Source: Phoronis australis (lineage: Eukaryota > Animalia > Phoronida). From it: a stretch of 64,000 nucleotides of DNA. Below are positions 22,449 to 33,237 of this stretch, in pieces. The position numbers and the translations under genes were made by a program. A model generated the notes under the pieces. The model made no database searches, had not been told where the DNA came from, and was given only the letters and a program-made list of their open reading frames with translations. Every line of letters begins with the position of its first letter. Position 1 is the stretch's first letter. The DNA lies in NCBI GenBank assembly GCA_002633005.1, contig NMRA01000222.1, positions 186,001 to 250,000 on the forward strand, in the 5' to 3' direction.

Positions 22449-25400
22449 GTATTTATAATTGATAAATTGTATTAATTTTTCTAACTCATTATTAACTGAA
22501 CAGTTTGCATACCAACGCGGGATATCTTTTAAAAATTTAATTATGTGCATGCTAAATTGCCTAATTATGTGTGTAGTTGTAATTTTATTTTATTTTAATT
22601 TGATTGAGCTACATTTGGTGTGTAGTTTTGACAGTTAATTTAGTAGTCGGTGTTGTTTTCGCATGCATATTACATGGTGTGCTGTTAGTTTCGTGTTTTA
22701 GTCATGTGTTATAAATGAGAAACTGATGCAAGATTCATACTTATTGATGGAGGTCGTCGAAGGAATGTTTCAAGAATAAATATTTTATTTCAATTTAAGT
22801 ATTCGATAAAGAGCGTAGTCAATTTGAGCAGAGTGTTTTTGATTGTACATATTTTATTAAAGTTTCAAGTGTTCGCTTTGCCGAATTTCTCTTCTTGTCT
22901 TCATTTCAGAACGCTATTTTTCTTTCTTCTGACATATTCTTTATCTGTTTCAATGAATGTCCGTTTTTCATTTTTGTTTCTTTTGAAATAAATTACAGGT
23001 TTGATGCGCGTCCACACCGTGTAAAATTAAGCTTCTGTAATTTGCAGTTGCGTGTCGGTGGGTGAATCATAAAAAACGAATAGCGTGAATTATGATAATA
23101 ATTCGTATTTGAATAGCTTTAGGGAAGGAATTATAATTTTGCAAGCGCCTATAATTTCAACGGTCTTGGTTTGTCAACTTGTTTTATTGAATTTAAACCA
23201 AATGACTAAAATAGGTTTGTAAATTACAGAAAATGTCTAATCATTTGACGGTAATAATAGCTTCTAAGATAACAACATTTGCAAAGCTCGTTACTCAAAG
23301 AGCGACTGATACAAACTGAGGTGCTTTCTTCAACTTTCAGCAATGAATCATAGTGCTACGGTTCACAGCCTGAACTATGATAAACTGCTTTTATTACATG
23401 AATTTTGACATTCGATTAAATACAATTTTAAAGCGACATTATTGACGAGAAGTTGAGAAAATGGACTTAGAAATCCCGTGGTTGCAGCCCGACGTTCTAC
23501 TGACGGAGCAGTCACCCCTTTCGGTATATGTACTATGGAAGGGCATTTTATACCATTTAAAACTGCATTTCGTCCTGTTTCGATGTCTGAGGCGAAAACT
23601 TAATTTGGGCCTTTTTATTTCATAAAATCGAACTCGTAAAATATTTCTTGCCGCTACAGGATTCTATTTCCGTTACCAACTCACGTCACACGCCACTGTG
23701 TCATTTTCGTATCAGCAGTTTTAGGGTTGGCCAACCACAATAAACTCTGAAATGTTTTCCAAGTCGCCGATGGTTTCAATGTTGTTGTTGGTAACTGAAA
23801 TAGAATCCAATCACGATGAATAATATAACAAAACCAATTTTATGAAAGTAAAAGGCATAATTCAGTTTTGTTTTAGCCACTAAAAAGGACGATTAACAAA
23901 GTTTAGTAATCGGCCTCGATTTCAGGCAAGCAATTATGAGAATCAAACGTGTGTAATAAAATCACAAATATTGTCAGGATACTGTAGAAATGAGACTTGG
24001 TGAGCGATATTATTTTTTTTCTTTTGATTTCACCTATTGAAAAGGCACATTATCAAGCTTTTTACCAGGCATGGTTTCCGTACGGTTCTTTGACGGCTCT
24101 ATTTCAAAACCTGTTGGTTTAGAGTATAGGAGACTTTATAAAAACACGCCTTTAGATTTTACAAGCCTGCGACACGAGCTTTCGGTCCTTTATTGCACAA
24201 CACTTTCAACTAATGGTTTCAGATTGTATACACGCTAACACGTGTCTTGCGCAATAAACCTCGTTATGTCCCTATTTCAATTACTCTCATCACGCCATCT
24301 GTATTGGTGACGCTTCTTCTCTATGAAATAGTTATTGTAAACACTTGTTTGAAACTCAGTTCTGTGAGCAAGTGCTTATGCTTATGTAAAGAGCTATGAC
24401 ATCTATCGCCTCTTGACTTATGTATTCATATTTTTATCGATGGGTCGTCACATGGGGGCGTCTAGTTACTGTTAAGATGACTGACAAATTGAATCTATAA
24501 AAGGAAGAAACATTCCACTTGAAAATGCTTGGGAATATGAATTATCATCGCTTCCTATTGAAAGTAATTGTTGTTTGTTACGTCCTAATGAATGTCAACA
24601 CGTAACTGCTACGGCTTGACGTGTGTCGATGATAGGCGCAAGTCAGGCACGCGAGCGCCCTTCTGATTAATCAAAACTAATTAATTACCTCATTAAACAG
24701 GGAAGTTTGGCAATTAGAACCAATTTCTCAGATAATCCGGTGACGACTACTGTGAGAATGCAAAGTAGCATTTTCCTATTGTCCCCGAATCTCAATAAAA
24801 TACAGCCAAATTTTTACGAAGCATCTATCACCTACAACGGGGCGAAATTTTGATTGACGAAATCCAGTGTGTGCGACGGCACAGATATACAGCGGGGAGC
24901 AAAGTTATTACATTTAATAATTATACCCTCTATACTCTCCATATAGTGTTTATTACTCAAACTGCAACAGATTAAAACGTCACGCGTGATTATTACATTA
25001 ATTCGCAGTTTGCTTAAAAAGATTGTAATAGAAGAACGTGTTACCCGCTGCACTAACAAAGAAACCGGGATATACGACGCAAGCGGCTTTCGACAATGTG
25101 GGAAAAGATTTGTGAATCACAGTGAAAAAACAGGGAACCATAAGAAATACCATCTAAGGGTGTTGACTCGTAAAATCTGGATAGTAAAAATGAAGCGTTA
25201 CTTGTATTGTTTCGCCTTACGAAAGCGAAATCCGGACACAGTGTTTGTATCCCCTTCATACATGTAAATGTCTTTGTTAATATTCGCGCAACGGTACTCC
25301 GTATATCGAAACACAGGATTGTTTGATAATAATACTTTGCACATACATAATTTGATATTAATTCTAAGCCCTACCAAATAGCGCATTGGCTTACAATACG

Positions 25401-28096
25401 AAGTTGCCGTTGGTGAAGTAACCCAGGGAACCATTGTCAAACTTGTTGCAAACATGTCTTGATACGGCGTCGTTGTTTTGAATATACATATATGTACAAC
25501 GCACCTGTACGGATTACTATATCAAAATACATGTAGACCACCTCATCAGAGGCTTCTTTATGGGAAAAATCTTTTGTCTTCTTTCCAATTAATATAAAAA
25601 TATCATCTGAATGCATGATCAGACCCCTAAAACTCGAGTTAATGTAAAACAAGACCGTTTACAAATTCACCAGTGCGAAAAACACCACGGGAATCAATTG
25701 TTTGTAAATGTGCTTTCTTGAACAATTACCCTTGGAAGACTATTTGTGTTTTTCTTCTTTGCGATTTGTAATTGTTTCAATGTTTGAGCTACAGAAAACA
25801 ATACGAAGGTCGACACGTGTCATTTAACATATAATATCTCGATAATTCTCTCATCGGAAAACGATAGCGCTATTGAGGAGATAAAGAGAAGATATGTTCA
25901 GTAACAATGCCTGTATTAGGACTTAAAATTAGATACTCGGAAACGAAGAGCAAGACTGGGTGAGTAATTAGTATGGTTAATTTGATTAGGAGACGCACAC
26001 TTGTCAAGGTGCTGATGCTACGAGGCACGTGCCGACTTCCAAGAAATACAACCTCTAACTTGGGGGGCTTTCGAACAATTCGCGAAAATCTTTATCTCCG
26101 TCGACGTCATTTGTAGCCTGCTAAGACATTGTTGTCTGTTGACCGGACAAGTGGAAATAAGTGTAATACGCTGGTTAGACTCGGTTTTCTTTCGTTTTAT
26201 TTCGCTTAAACGCATTGAGTTTCCACAACAGAAAAAGTGTCATAGAATTAAGTGTTCGTAAATTACAGCTCTTTATATTTTTTATTTACACTGCTGAACC
26301 ACCAGTTTTAAAAGTTTTGATGCACATGTATGTATTTTTTAGTTGAAGACAAAATTTCAAAATAGATTTTATTTTTCATTACATTCTGTCCATACTGAAA
26401 AATGTTATAGTGAAAGAACGTCACTTAGATGTCTTTTGAAATTAAGTCTGAACAGTTATCCATTTCATAAGATTTTTTTGTCAATGAAATGGAAAAAGAA
26501 TTTTTAAACAACTAAAACTACAGTAATTGGTAAGGATAACATTTAATGTTTAAAACTTTCTATTCAGCCTAAAATTAAATGCATAATAGGATAAAAGTCC
26601 CATCTGAAATAGAGTGAGGCTGATACACCTGTATGTTAAAAGGGAACATGACCCTTCACAGACGAAGCTGCCTGTTTAGACAATTAGGGATTATTGGCGA
26701 ATGCTTTGTCACACATCGTGCGAGGTTTAAGAAAATCGAGAACACTCTGCAAACTTTTATTAAAATAATGTGTATCACACATGTCTTGGCTTGTGTTCTT
26801 CCTTGTGTTCTTTGGTGAATATGGCTGCTGCCGCCGCAAAGAAAGTGAAATCCCACAAGTAATAGTTAACCGAATAAAAACAACCGAGGAGAAAATCGAC
26901 TACTTCTAAACCCTTGTCACGTGAGGTTGGCGGCCTCACAGGAATAATCACTGCACGCGCTCTGTCAGGTTGGCGCTGGGCAGGCGACATGGCGGAAGAA
27001 AAACGCTAGGAGCCGGACTGGCATAAGCAAAACGTTTGCAAGTCGTTTATTTGTCTATTGCGAGTTTCCAAATTTTTAGGAAGTTTCTGTTTGGTTTGAC
27101 AAAATCACTCTACCAGGGTTCGATGTAGTTTTATGTTAACTAGAGCTTGGTCGAGTTTGGGACTGATTTTAGTGCGTCTCATTAAGCTTTAACAAGGTAA
27201 ATGGATTCATACTTAAGCTAGTTAAGGGCAGTAAGTGATACGATTTTCTACGCAAAGCTGACGTGATTATTCCAGACACAGAGACCCAGTCTACGCTGCA
27301 TGTAGCACTCGATTGACAGGTTTAAAGATATAATTATGTACAAAATGTTCAATATTCCACTTTTTGTTAAGTCAACACAATATGGCAAATCAACGCGGTG
27401 AATATTACAAGACGCTTTGCTGAGGCACCGATCTTTATCGAATTACACCACCCTAATGGCCACAGATTGCGTTTTGATTTGATTCGATTTATTATGAAGG
27501 GCAGAGAGGCCGCCAACACTGACTAATTCTTCCTCTAATTAGGGAGACTTCTTTTGTAGGAGACATGTTTTTAGCAAAAATTAAAACTCGTGCTATTGAA
27601 ACCGTCGACCATTAGTCGTGCGTGAAATGTGATTAGTTTCATATCTTGGGGCTATTTCCGCGCTTCTGTACACCTGGGATTTGTGCGGTTTACCAAACCA
27701 TAGAGTCATCGGACCAACATTTATAAATTCTTATTCTTCAGATATTCAACTGTGAGAGCTTTTCCAAAAGTCAGGGGTATTAAAAGTGCTGTTCTCATGT
27801 GCACTGCTTTTTACTTGGCTTTTTGAAACCATCAGCAGCGGCAGCGACGGCAACGGAGGTGGCGTGGCGGCGGCAGCAGCACCAGCAAAGGCAAAAACAA
27901 CTACTTGTTGAAAATTGTATCGTGTGAAAACATTGATTTTGTTACTATAATAATGCTATTAAACATCCCAGAAACTGTATGTTTCTATATTTCAAAGTGG
28001 CAAAGGGTCACAACAGGCTTGATGACAACGTAGCAAACAAAAGTTACACGTGAGATTTCCGCTTCACACTTTGTAAATTATCAGTAACTGCTTGTA

Positions 28097-28112
28097 TTCG
28101 CCAGGTGGCGCT
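28097..28112 (+). promoter_or_regulatory. CTCF-like motif
   Basis: TTCGCCAGGTGGCGCT resembles the CTCF core CCACCAGG(G/T)GGCGC; motif match only. Confidence 0.3.
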
Positions 28113-30480
28113 CAAATACAATGGCACGCGCCGGGATCATACGGAGAATTTATGTATACTTTTATAGTTTGGTGCCCGGTTGATAGTTTGAAAAGATAAA
28201 TAAGTAATTATGACATTGATATGCGGATTGCGCGACACACTGGTCGTATGTTTTATGATGACTAAATATTATGTTTTGCGTACAAGGTACATTTAGTCTG
28301 ATCTGTCCGATCAAAACCAAGTGCGTTTAAACTTATTTCCTGTTCAAATGTCAGCCTTTGAACTCTTTTCAGTTTTCGAAAAAAATTCCTGCCTCTTTAC
28401 TATTTTTTAACATTCTTATAAGAGCACATTTACAAAGAAATGTGTACCCTTACTTATTATTATTTTTAATCATGAAATTGTTTCTGCTTCAATACTCTGG
28501 TGCCAACGCGGCTTGGTGGAATCTTTACATTTCATTCAGTTCGTAAGTGAATGCAAACGATGCAAACACGCACGATAATTCAACCTTAATTATTTAAATA
28601 CACCTAAAATGTTCTATTGCGTAGCGCCGACCGTGCGATTCACGTGCATGTACAATGTTCGATAATCGTCGTCACGCAGTTGCGTGACTCAACTGTCAAA
28701 AGTTCGTACAACAAAGGTCTGGCTGTTGCTGAGTCCTCTACAACAAAGAAATATTTACATTGGAATTTGTTGTTTTAGGCAGACCGTTTCAGTGGCGCTG
28801 AATGCGTTTTGTTGTACCTAAGCCAGTACATTCTCATCCCGGGCGACTCACCTAGGGCGACTCACCCGCACATCTCGCTTGTTTAAACACCGAACGACAG
28901 CAAACGCAATAAAATGTTTATTAAATTACACTTTAAATGGAACTTGATAGGTTCAAGAATGGTTCAATTCAACTTGCTGCTTGCTTCGTCAAACTTGCAG
29001 TCGAGTATTTCTCCAATCTCCCGTAATGAGCGTGACTGCAGCAACTTCCCCAACTACGTGTATGGTTAAAATAATTCATGAAATATCCCAAACGGGACTG
29101 TGTCGAAAGATTCCGTTTTTCATAGGAATATGTCGTTCGACAAACTAGAGCACATGTTCAGAATATCACAGGGTGTCTTTGTTTCTATGGATACGCTGAA
29201 AACGTGGTCGGTCTCGACAATTAGTACATCGATACAAGTTAACGAAGACACTCGCAGCATGTGCATGTACATCATAATTAAATCAACGGCGCACAACTTC
29301 CAAACTTATCGGGCACCTGCAATTTTTAGGTAAATCAAGGGCATTCCAAAAGTGCAAGTTTTACGCTTATCATATTCTACATGCTCAAGGCATTCTGATT
29401 GTGAAAATAGTTTGGCAAATTTTATAACATTGCTCGTTATTCATAAGTCATTGCTTTCGGGTGGACTTGTTGCTAAACTGTGACGACCATCTACATGTAC
29501 ATGTATTTCGACAAAGAAAGTAGTTAAATCCAACTAAAACAATTGCAGTCGCCCCGTTATCCGCGATGACCCAAAATTGCAGTCTTTATACACTAGATTT
29601 CGACTTGCACATCATCCAAAATTATGTAGCCTGAAGGCTTATCACCATGGCAACTAAACACGTTGTATTGTCGACTATTGAATCAAATGAATGCTGAATT
29701 CGCACGGCCGATTAACTGCAAGAACTTGATTTGGGTGATTCGAATGTAAATTAAGCTTTCTTTTCAAAAATACAGGTGGGTCGTACCTGTAGAGTTGAAT
29801 AACCCTGTGCTTGACTGCCGTTGGCGATACTTTACTAGGAAATTAAGCGATATAAGTGTGTACTCATCAAATAGATGCGGGTCGCATGGCGGAGCATACT
29901 TCGTCGTGTTAACAACCAGTAATTATTATACCACTTTGATCTTAGATACAACCAGTCAAAGAGGTGCGCGCACTTGTCCAGGCCAAATTTTCTCAGTGAG
30001 CGCAGTCGTGCGTCCGTTGCGCGCATAAGAAATTACATCCTACAGACGGAATCAGCTGTTATTTGTGCTGTGCAAAAACAGTTTCCCATGCTAGTCCCTA
30101 CCAGCAGTGGTGCAATACTACCGCTCTTTGTTACATCCCGGATGCAGCTCGTGATCGACCACTCCAGTTTATTTGTGTTCTATAATTTGGATTCCATCTC
30201 ATGTTTGTTTCAAAAACAACTGTGAATTGCTTATCTACCCAAAGCGAATCATCGTGGCACGCGACACTATGTGTTTGGTAAATTCACCGATATTATTTGT
30301 TTTGCTGATCTTTCGATCGCTATTGCTCCCTGCTTTGTTACCATTATTGGAATCGAACAATTCAAAATTATATAGATGATCTAATCTAAATACACCTATT
30401 CAAAGAATACACAGGTATGAAATGTATCTGCGTCTTTACACTCGACTTCTACAATTATCATAATATCCGCATCATCGCCC

Positions 30481-30590
30481 CTCCATCTGCCCGGTCCGCC
30501 TTCGTTAGCTACGCATGCGCCAATATACGTAGCACCACGTGACTACCACGAACAGGTGCAGCATTTATCGACTGCTTATGTATATATAGA
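30481..30590 (+). promoter_or_regulatory. Proximal POU4 promoter
   Basis: E-boxes CATCTG (30484), CACGTG (30536) and CAGGTG (30553); ACGCATGCGC (30511); CCAAT (30520); TATATATAGA (30581) about 165 bp upstream of the ATG. Confidence 0.5.
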
Positions 30591-30746
30591 AAAACCCACT
30601 GCCTCACACAATTATAATAAATTGACTACATTACATGCGAGTCGAGTTTGCGAGAGCTAGAATTATCTGCATGAGATTCAGTTTGAGAGTTTTTGTAAGA
30701 AAACGAGAAATTTTGGAAAAGATTCAATTCTACATACGGACTATTT

Positions 30747-30887
30747 ATGTTGGACACTATGATGATGATGGAAACTGCGAAGCCGCATCGGGAGAGTATA
30801 TCATTATTCAATTCTTCTCCGCTGTCCGGAAGATATTCTCCGACTTTCAAAGCGGAACCATACCGCAGAATGTCTTCAAACAATTCG
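30747..30887 (+). CDS. POU4: POU4 exon 1 (start may instead be the MMMM at 30759)
   Basis: MLDTMMMMETAK...GRYSPTFKAEPYRRMSSNNS: multi-Met start and the first half of the POU-IV box; TCG|GTAGGT donor after 47 codons (phase 0). Confidence 0.8.
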
Positions 30888-31661
30888 GTAGGTCGTCGTG
30901 TTCTTTTCCTAAGTCGGGAATCTCTTCGAGGGGATTTCTTGTTCTATTCACACAGGGTGTTTTCCAGTTCGTACATATTTTATGAGCGCGAGATTTTATG
31001 AATCGAATATTTAATGGCACATACTGGTATGTCTGCCCTATATAGGATTAGGCATTCTTTAAATATTTATTCATATCATCATTCATCAATGCTATTTGAG
31101 CGGGAGTTTCTGTTTATGTCGGTCGTGTTTTGGCATGTATTTTTCTGTCGAAGACTTGGAAGTGAAATTTTCTGCAGTATTCCTGTCAATTTTCTTGTTG
31201 GACTTTGTGTGCATTTGATAGGATCGATATGGCAGCGTCCAGGTATTTGAGTGTAAAGCTATGCGCCATTTTTCTTCAGTTTTGATATCTTTCTGTGATC
31301 AAGTTAAATCACTCTTGCTCTTCAACGCCAAATATTTTGGTAAGGACGAAATCAGCATTCAAAATGAATACGATATTACTATGCAAATTTCACTTCGCGT
31401 CAGCTTCAGGTTTACTTTTAATTCTATGCTTTGCACGTTTTCCGCTTCGTGTTTTCTCTGCTTTGTTTCTTATGCGGAATTTTGTGTTCTTTTATTTCAC
31501 CGACCACTTGATACCGAATTGCTATTCATTAGCTCTCCACCGTGGCATTTTATGCACATGTTAGTTTAAGTATATTTTGTAAGGGAAATGTGAGGACATT
31601 TCCTTACAAAAGTGTATATCATTCACCTGAGCAATTGCACTGTATATTGTCATTGTTTCAG
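30888..31661 (+). other. POU4 intron (774 bp, GT-AG, phase 0)
   Basis: GTAGGT...TTGTCATTGTTTCAG joins the two halves of the POU-IV box in frame. Confidence 0.8.
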
Positions 31662-32540
31662 ACTAATTTCTTCGGCGGTCTCGATGACTCCATGTTGGCA
31701 AGAGTCGAGGCGTTGGCAGCTGTTGGTGACATGACCAAGGGCACGTCTCAGCCCATGGTCAAAGCAGATACGGGACTGTATGCGGAGATGACACCTCCAC
31801 CAGTGTCTCGACAGCAGATGACGAGTCTTCACAGCTTCGGCGAGTCGATGTTGGATCAGATCTCCGCCGCATCCGCATCCATTCCTGCACTGACCTCGAT
31901 GAACGATGTGCATACTAGCCACATGAATCCGCCACACAATCAGATGTACTCGCCCATGTACAACCACAATATGAACCAAACGGGAGCGACGCCGTTCGGT
32001 CAACACCACCACCCACACAGCCTCACGCACCATGCCCTACCGCCACATCCAATGCACGATCTAGAATGTGACCCGAGGGAACTCGAAGCTTTTGCTGAAC
32101 GCTTCAAACAGAGGCGTATTAAACTAGGAGTTACCCAAGCCGATGTTGGGAATGCACTGGGGAATCTGAAACTGCCTGGCGTTGGGTCGCTGAGTCAAAG
32201 TACCATCTGCAGGTTCGAGTCGCTAACACTGAGCCATAACAATATGATTGCGTTAAAACCGGTGCTTCAAGCATGGCTTGAAGACGCAGAGAGGGCTGCA
32301 AGGGAGAAAAAGAACAACGATGCATACGGAATTGCAGATAAGAAACGAAAACGTACGTCAATAGCCGCGCCAGAGAAGCGCTCCTTAGAAGCCTATTTCG
32401 CGGTGCAGCCGAGACCTTCTGGTGAGAAAATCGCGCAAATCGCAGAAAAATTGGACCTTAAGAAAAATGTCGTCCGAGTGTGGTTTTGCAACCAAAGGCA
32501 AAAACAGAAACGCATGAAGTTTTCAGCACAGAACCATTGA
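31662..32540 (+). CDS. POU4: POU4 exon 2: rest of the POU-IV box, His-rich tract, POU-specific domain and homeodomain
   Basis: NFFGGLDDSMLARVEALAAV; DPRELEAFAERFKQRRIKLGVTQADVG...LTLSHNNMIALKP; KKRKRTSIAAPEKRSLEAYF...VVRVWFCNQRQKQKR, diagnostic for class IV POU; spliced product 339 aa from 30747. Confidence 0.97.
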   Translation, partial: TNFFGGLDDSMLARVEALAAVGDMTKGTSQPMVKADTGLYAEMTPPPVSRQQMTSLHSFGESMLDQISAASASIPALTSMNDVHTSHMNPPHNQMYSPMYNHNMNQTGATPFGQHHHPHSLTHHALPPHPMHDLECDPRELEAFAERFKQRRIKLGVTQADVGNALGNLKLPGVGSLSQSTICRFESLTLSHNNMIALKPVLQAWLEDAERAAREKKNNDAYGIADKKRKRTSIAAPEKRSLEAYFAVQPRPSGEKIAQIAEKLDLKKNVVRVWFCNQRQKQKRMKFSAQNH

Positions 32541-33231
32541 ACTTTGTGGAACTCTCCAAACAAGTCACAGTGCAATCCGTATGCTCTATTGCGAAACACA
32601 CATGTTTTCGTATACTCATTGTATATATTGTATTAAATTATATTTAAGACTATATTTTTACCCATTGAAATGGATTTAATCGTTTAATTTTAATTAATTT
32701 ATTTATCCACTTGTGTTCTACTAGTTATTTATTTTTGTTTTGTACTATACACTTACGTATTCAGCTCTAAAATATGAAGCGATTCAACATAGATATAATC
32801 TCGGTCTGTGCAAATTGTGTCATTATCTGTTGTCACAGACACGTAACAAAATAGGATTTCTTCCCAATAATCAGGTGCATGTCAACGTTAAGACTTTCCA
32901 TCAATCCTCTCATAGTTGGGCTTAATTGAACCACTTGCCGTTCGGATTGTAAGTCTTAATTACCCCCAGTAAATCTGCTGCGTTCAACTCATGTCTTTCA
33001 CCGTTAATTAAGGTCGATCAAACGATAACACTTGGGCGGAGTTATTGAGAGAAAACGGTTCCTGTCGTAGTTTCGCTGTTTAGTATTAATCAGATTACTG
33101 GATTATGCATTTGTTAGTTTTGAGAGACCGGAAATTCTCATAGTGACGTTTAGTCGTCATTTAGTAAATTGTTTTCTCATCTAGCGTCTATTGCGACTAC
33201 ATTGATGATAGCGCATATGTTGGGGTTATTC

Positions 33232-33237
33232 AATAAA
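33232..33237 (+). terminator. Candidate polyadenylation signal
   Basis: AATAAA about 690 bp after the stop; alternatives are ATTAAA near 32632 and AATAAA near 33569. Confidence 0.25.

Noticed and set aside
30635-31569. Overlapping short ORFs around exon 1 and in the intron
   Set aside because: Alternative frames and T-rich intron sequence with no recognisable motif
31542-31661. 5' extension of the 332-aa ORF (MAFYAHVSL...)
   Set aside because: Intron read-through; POU4 similarity begins right after the TTTCAG acceptor at 31661
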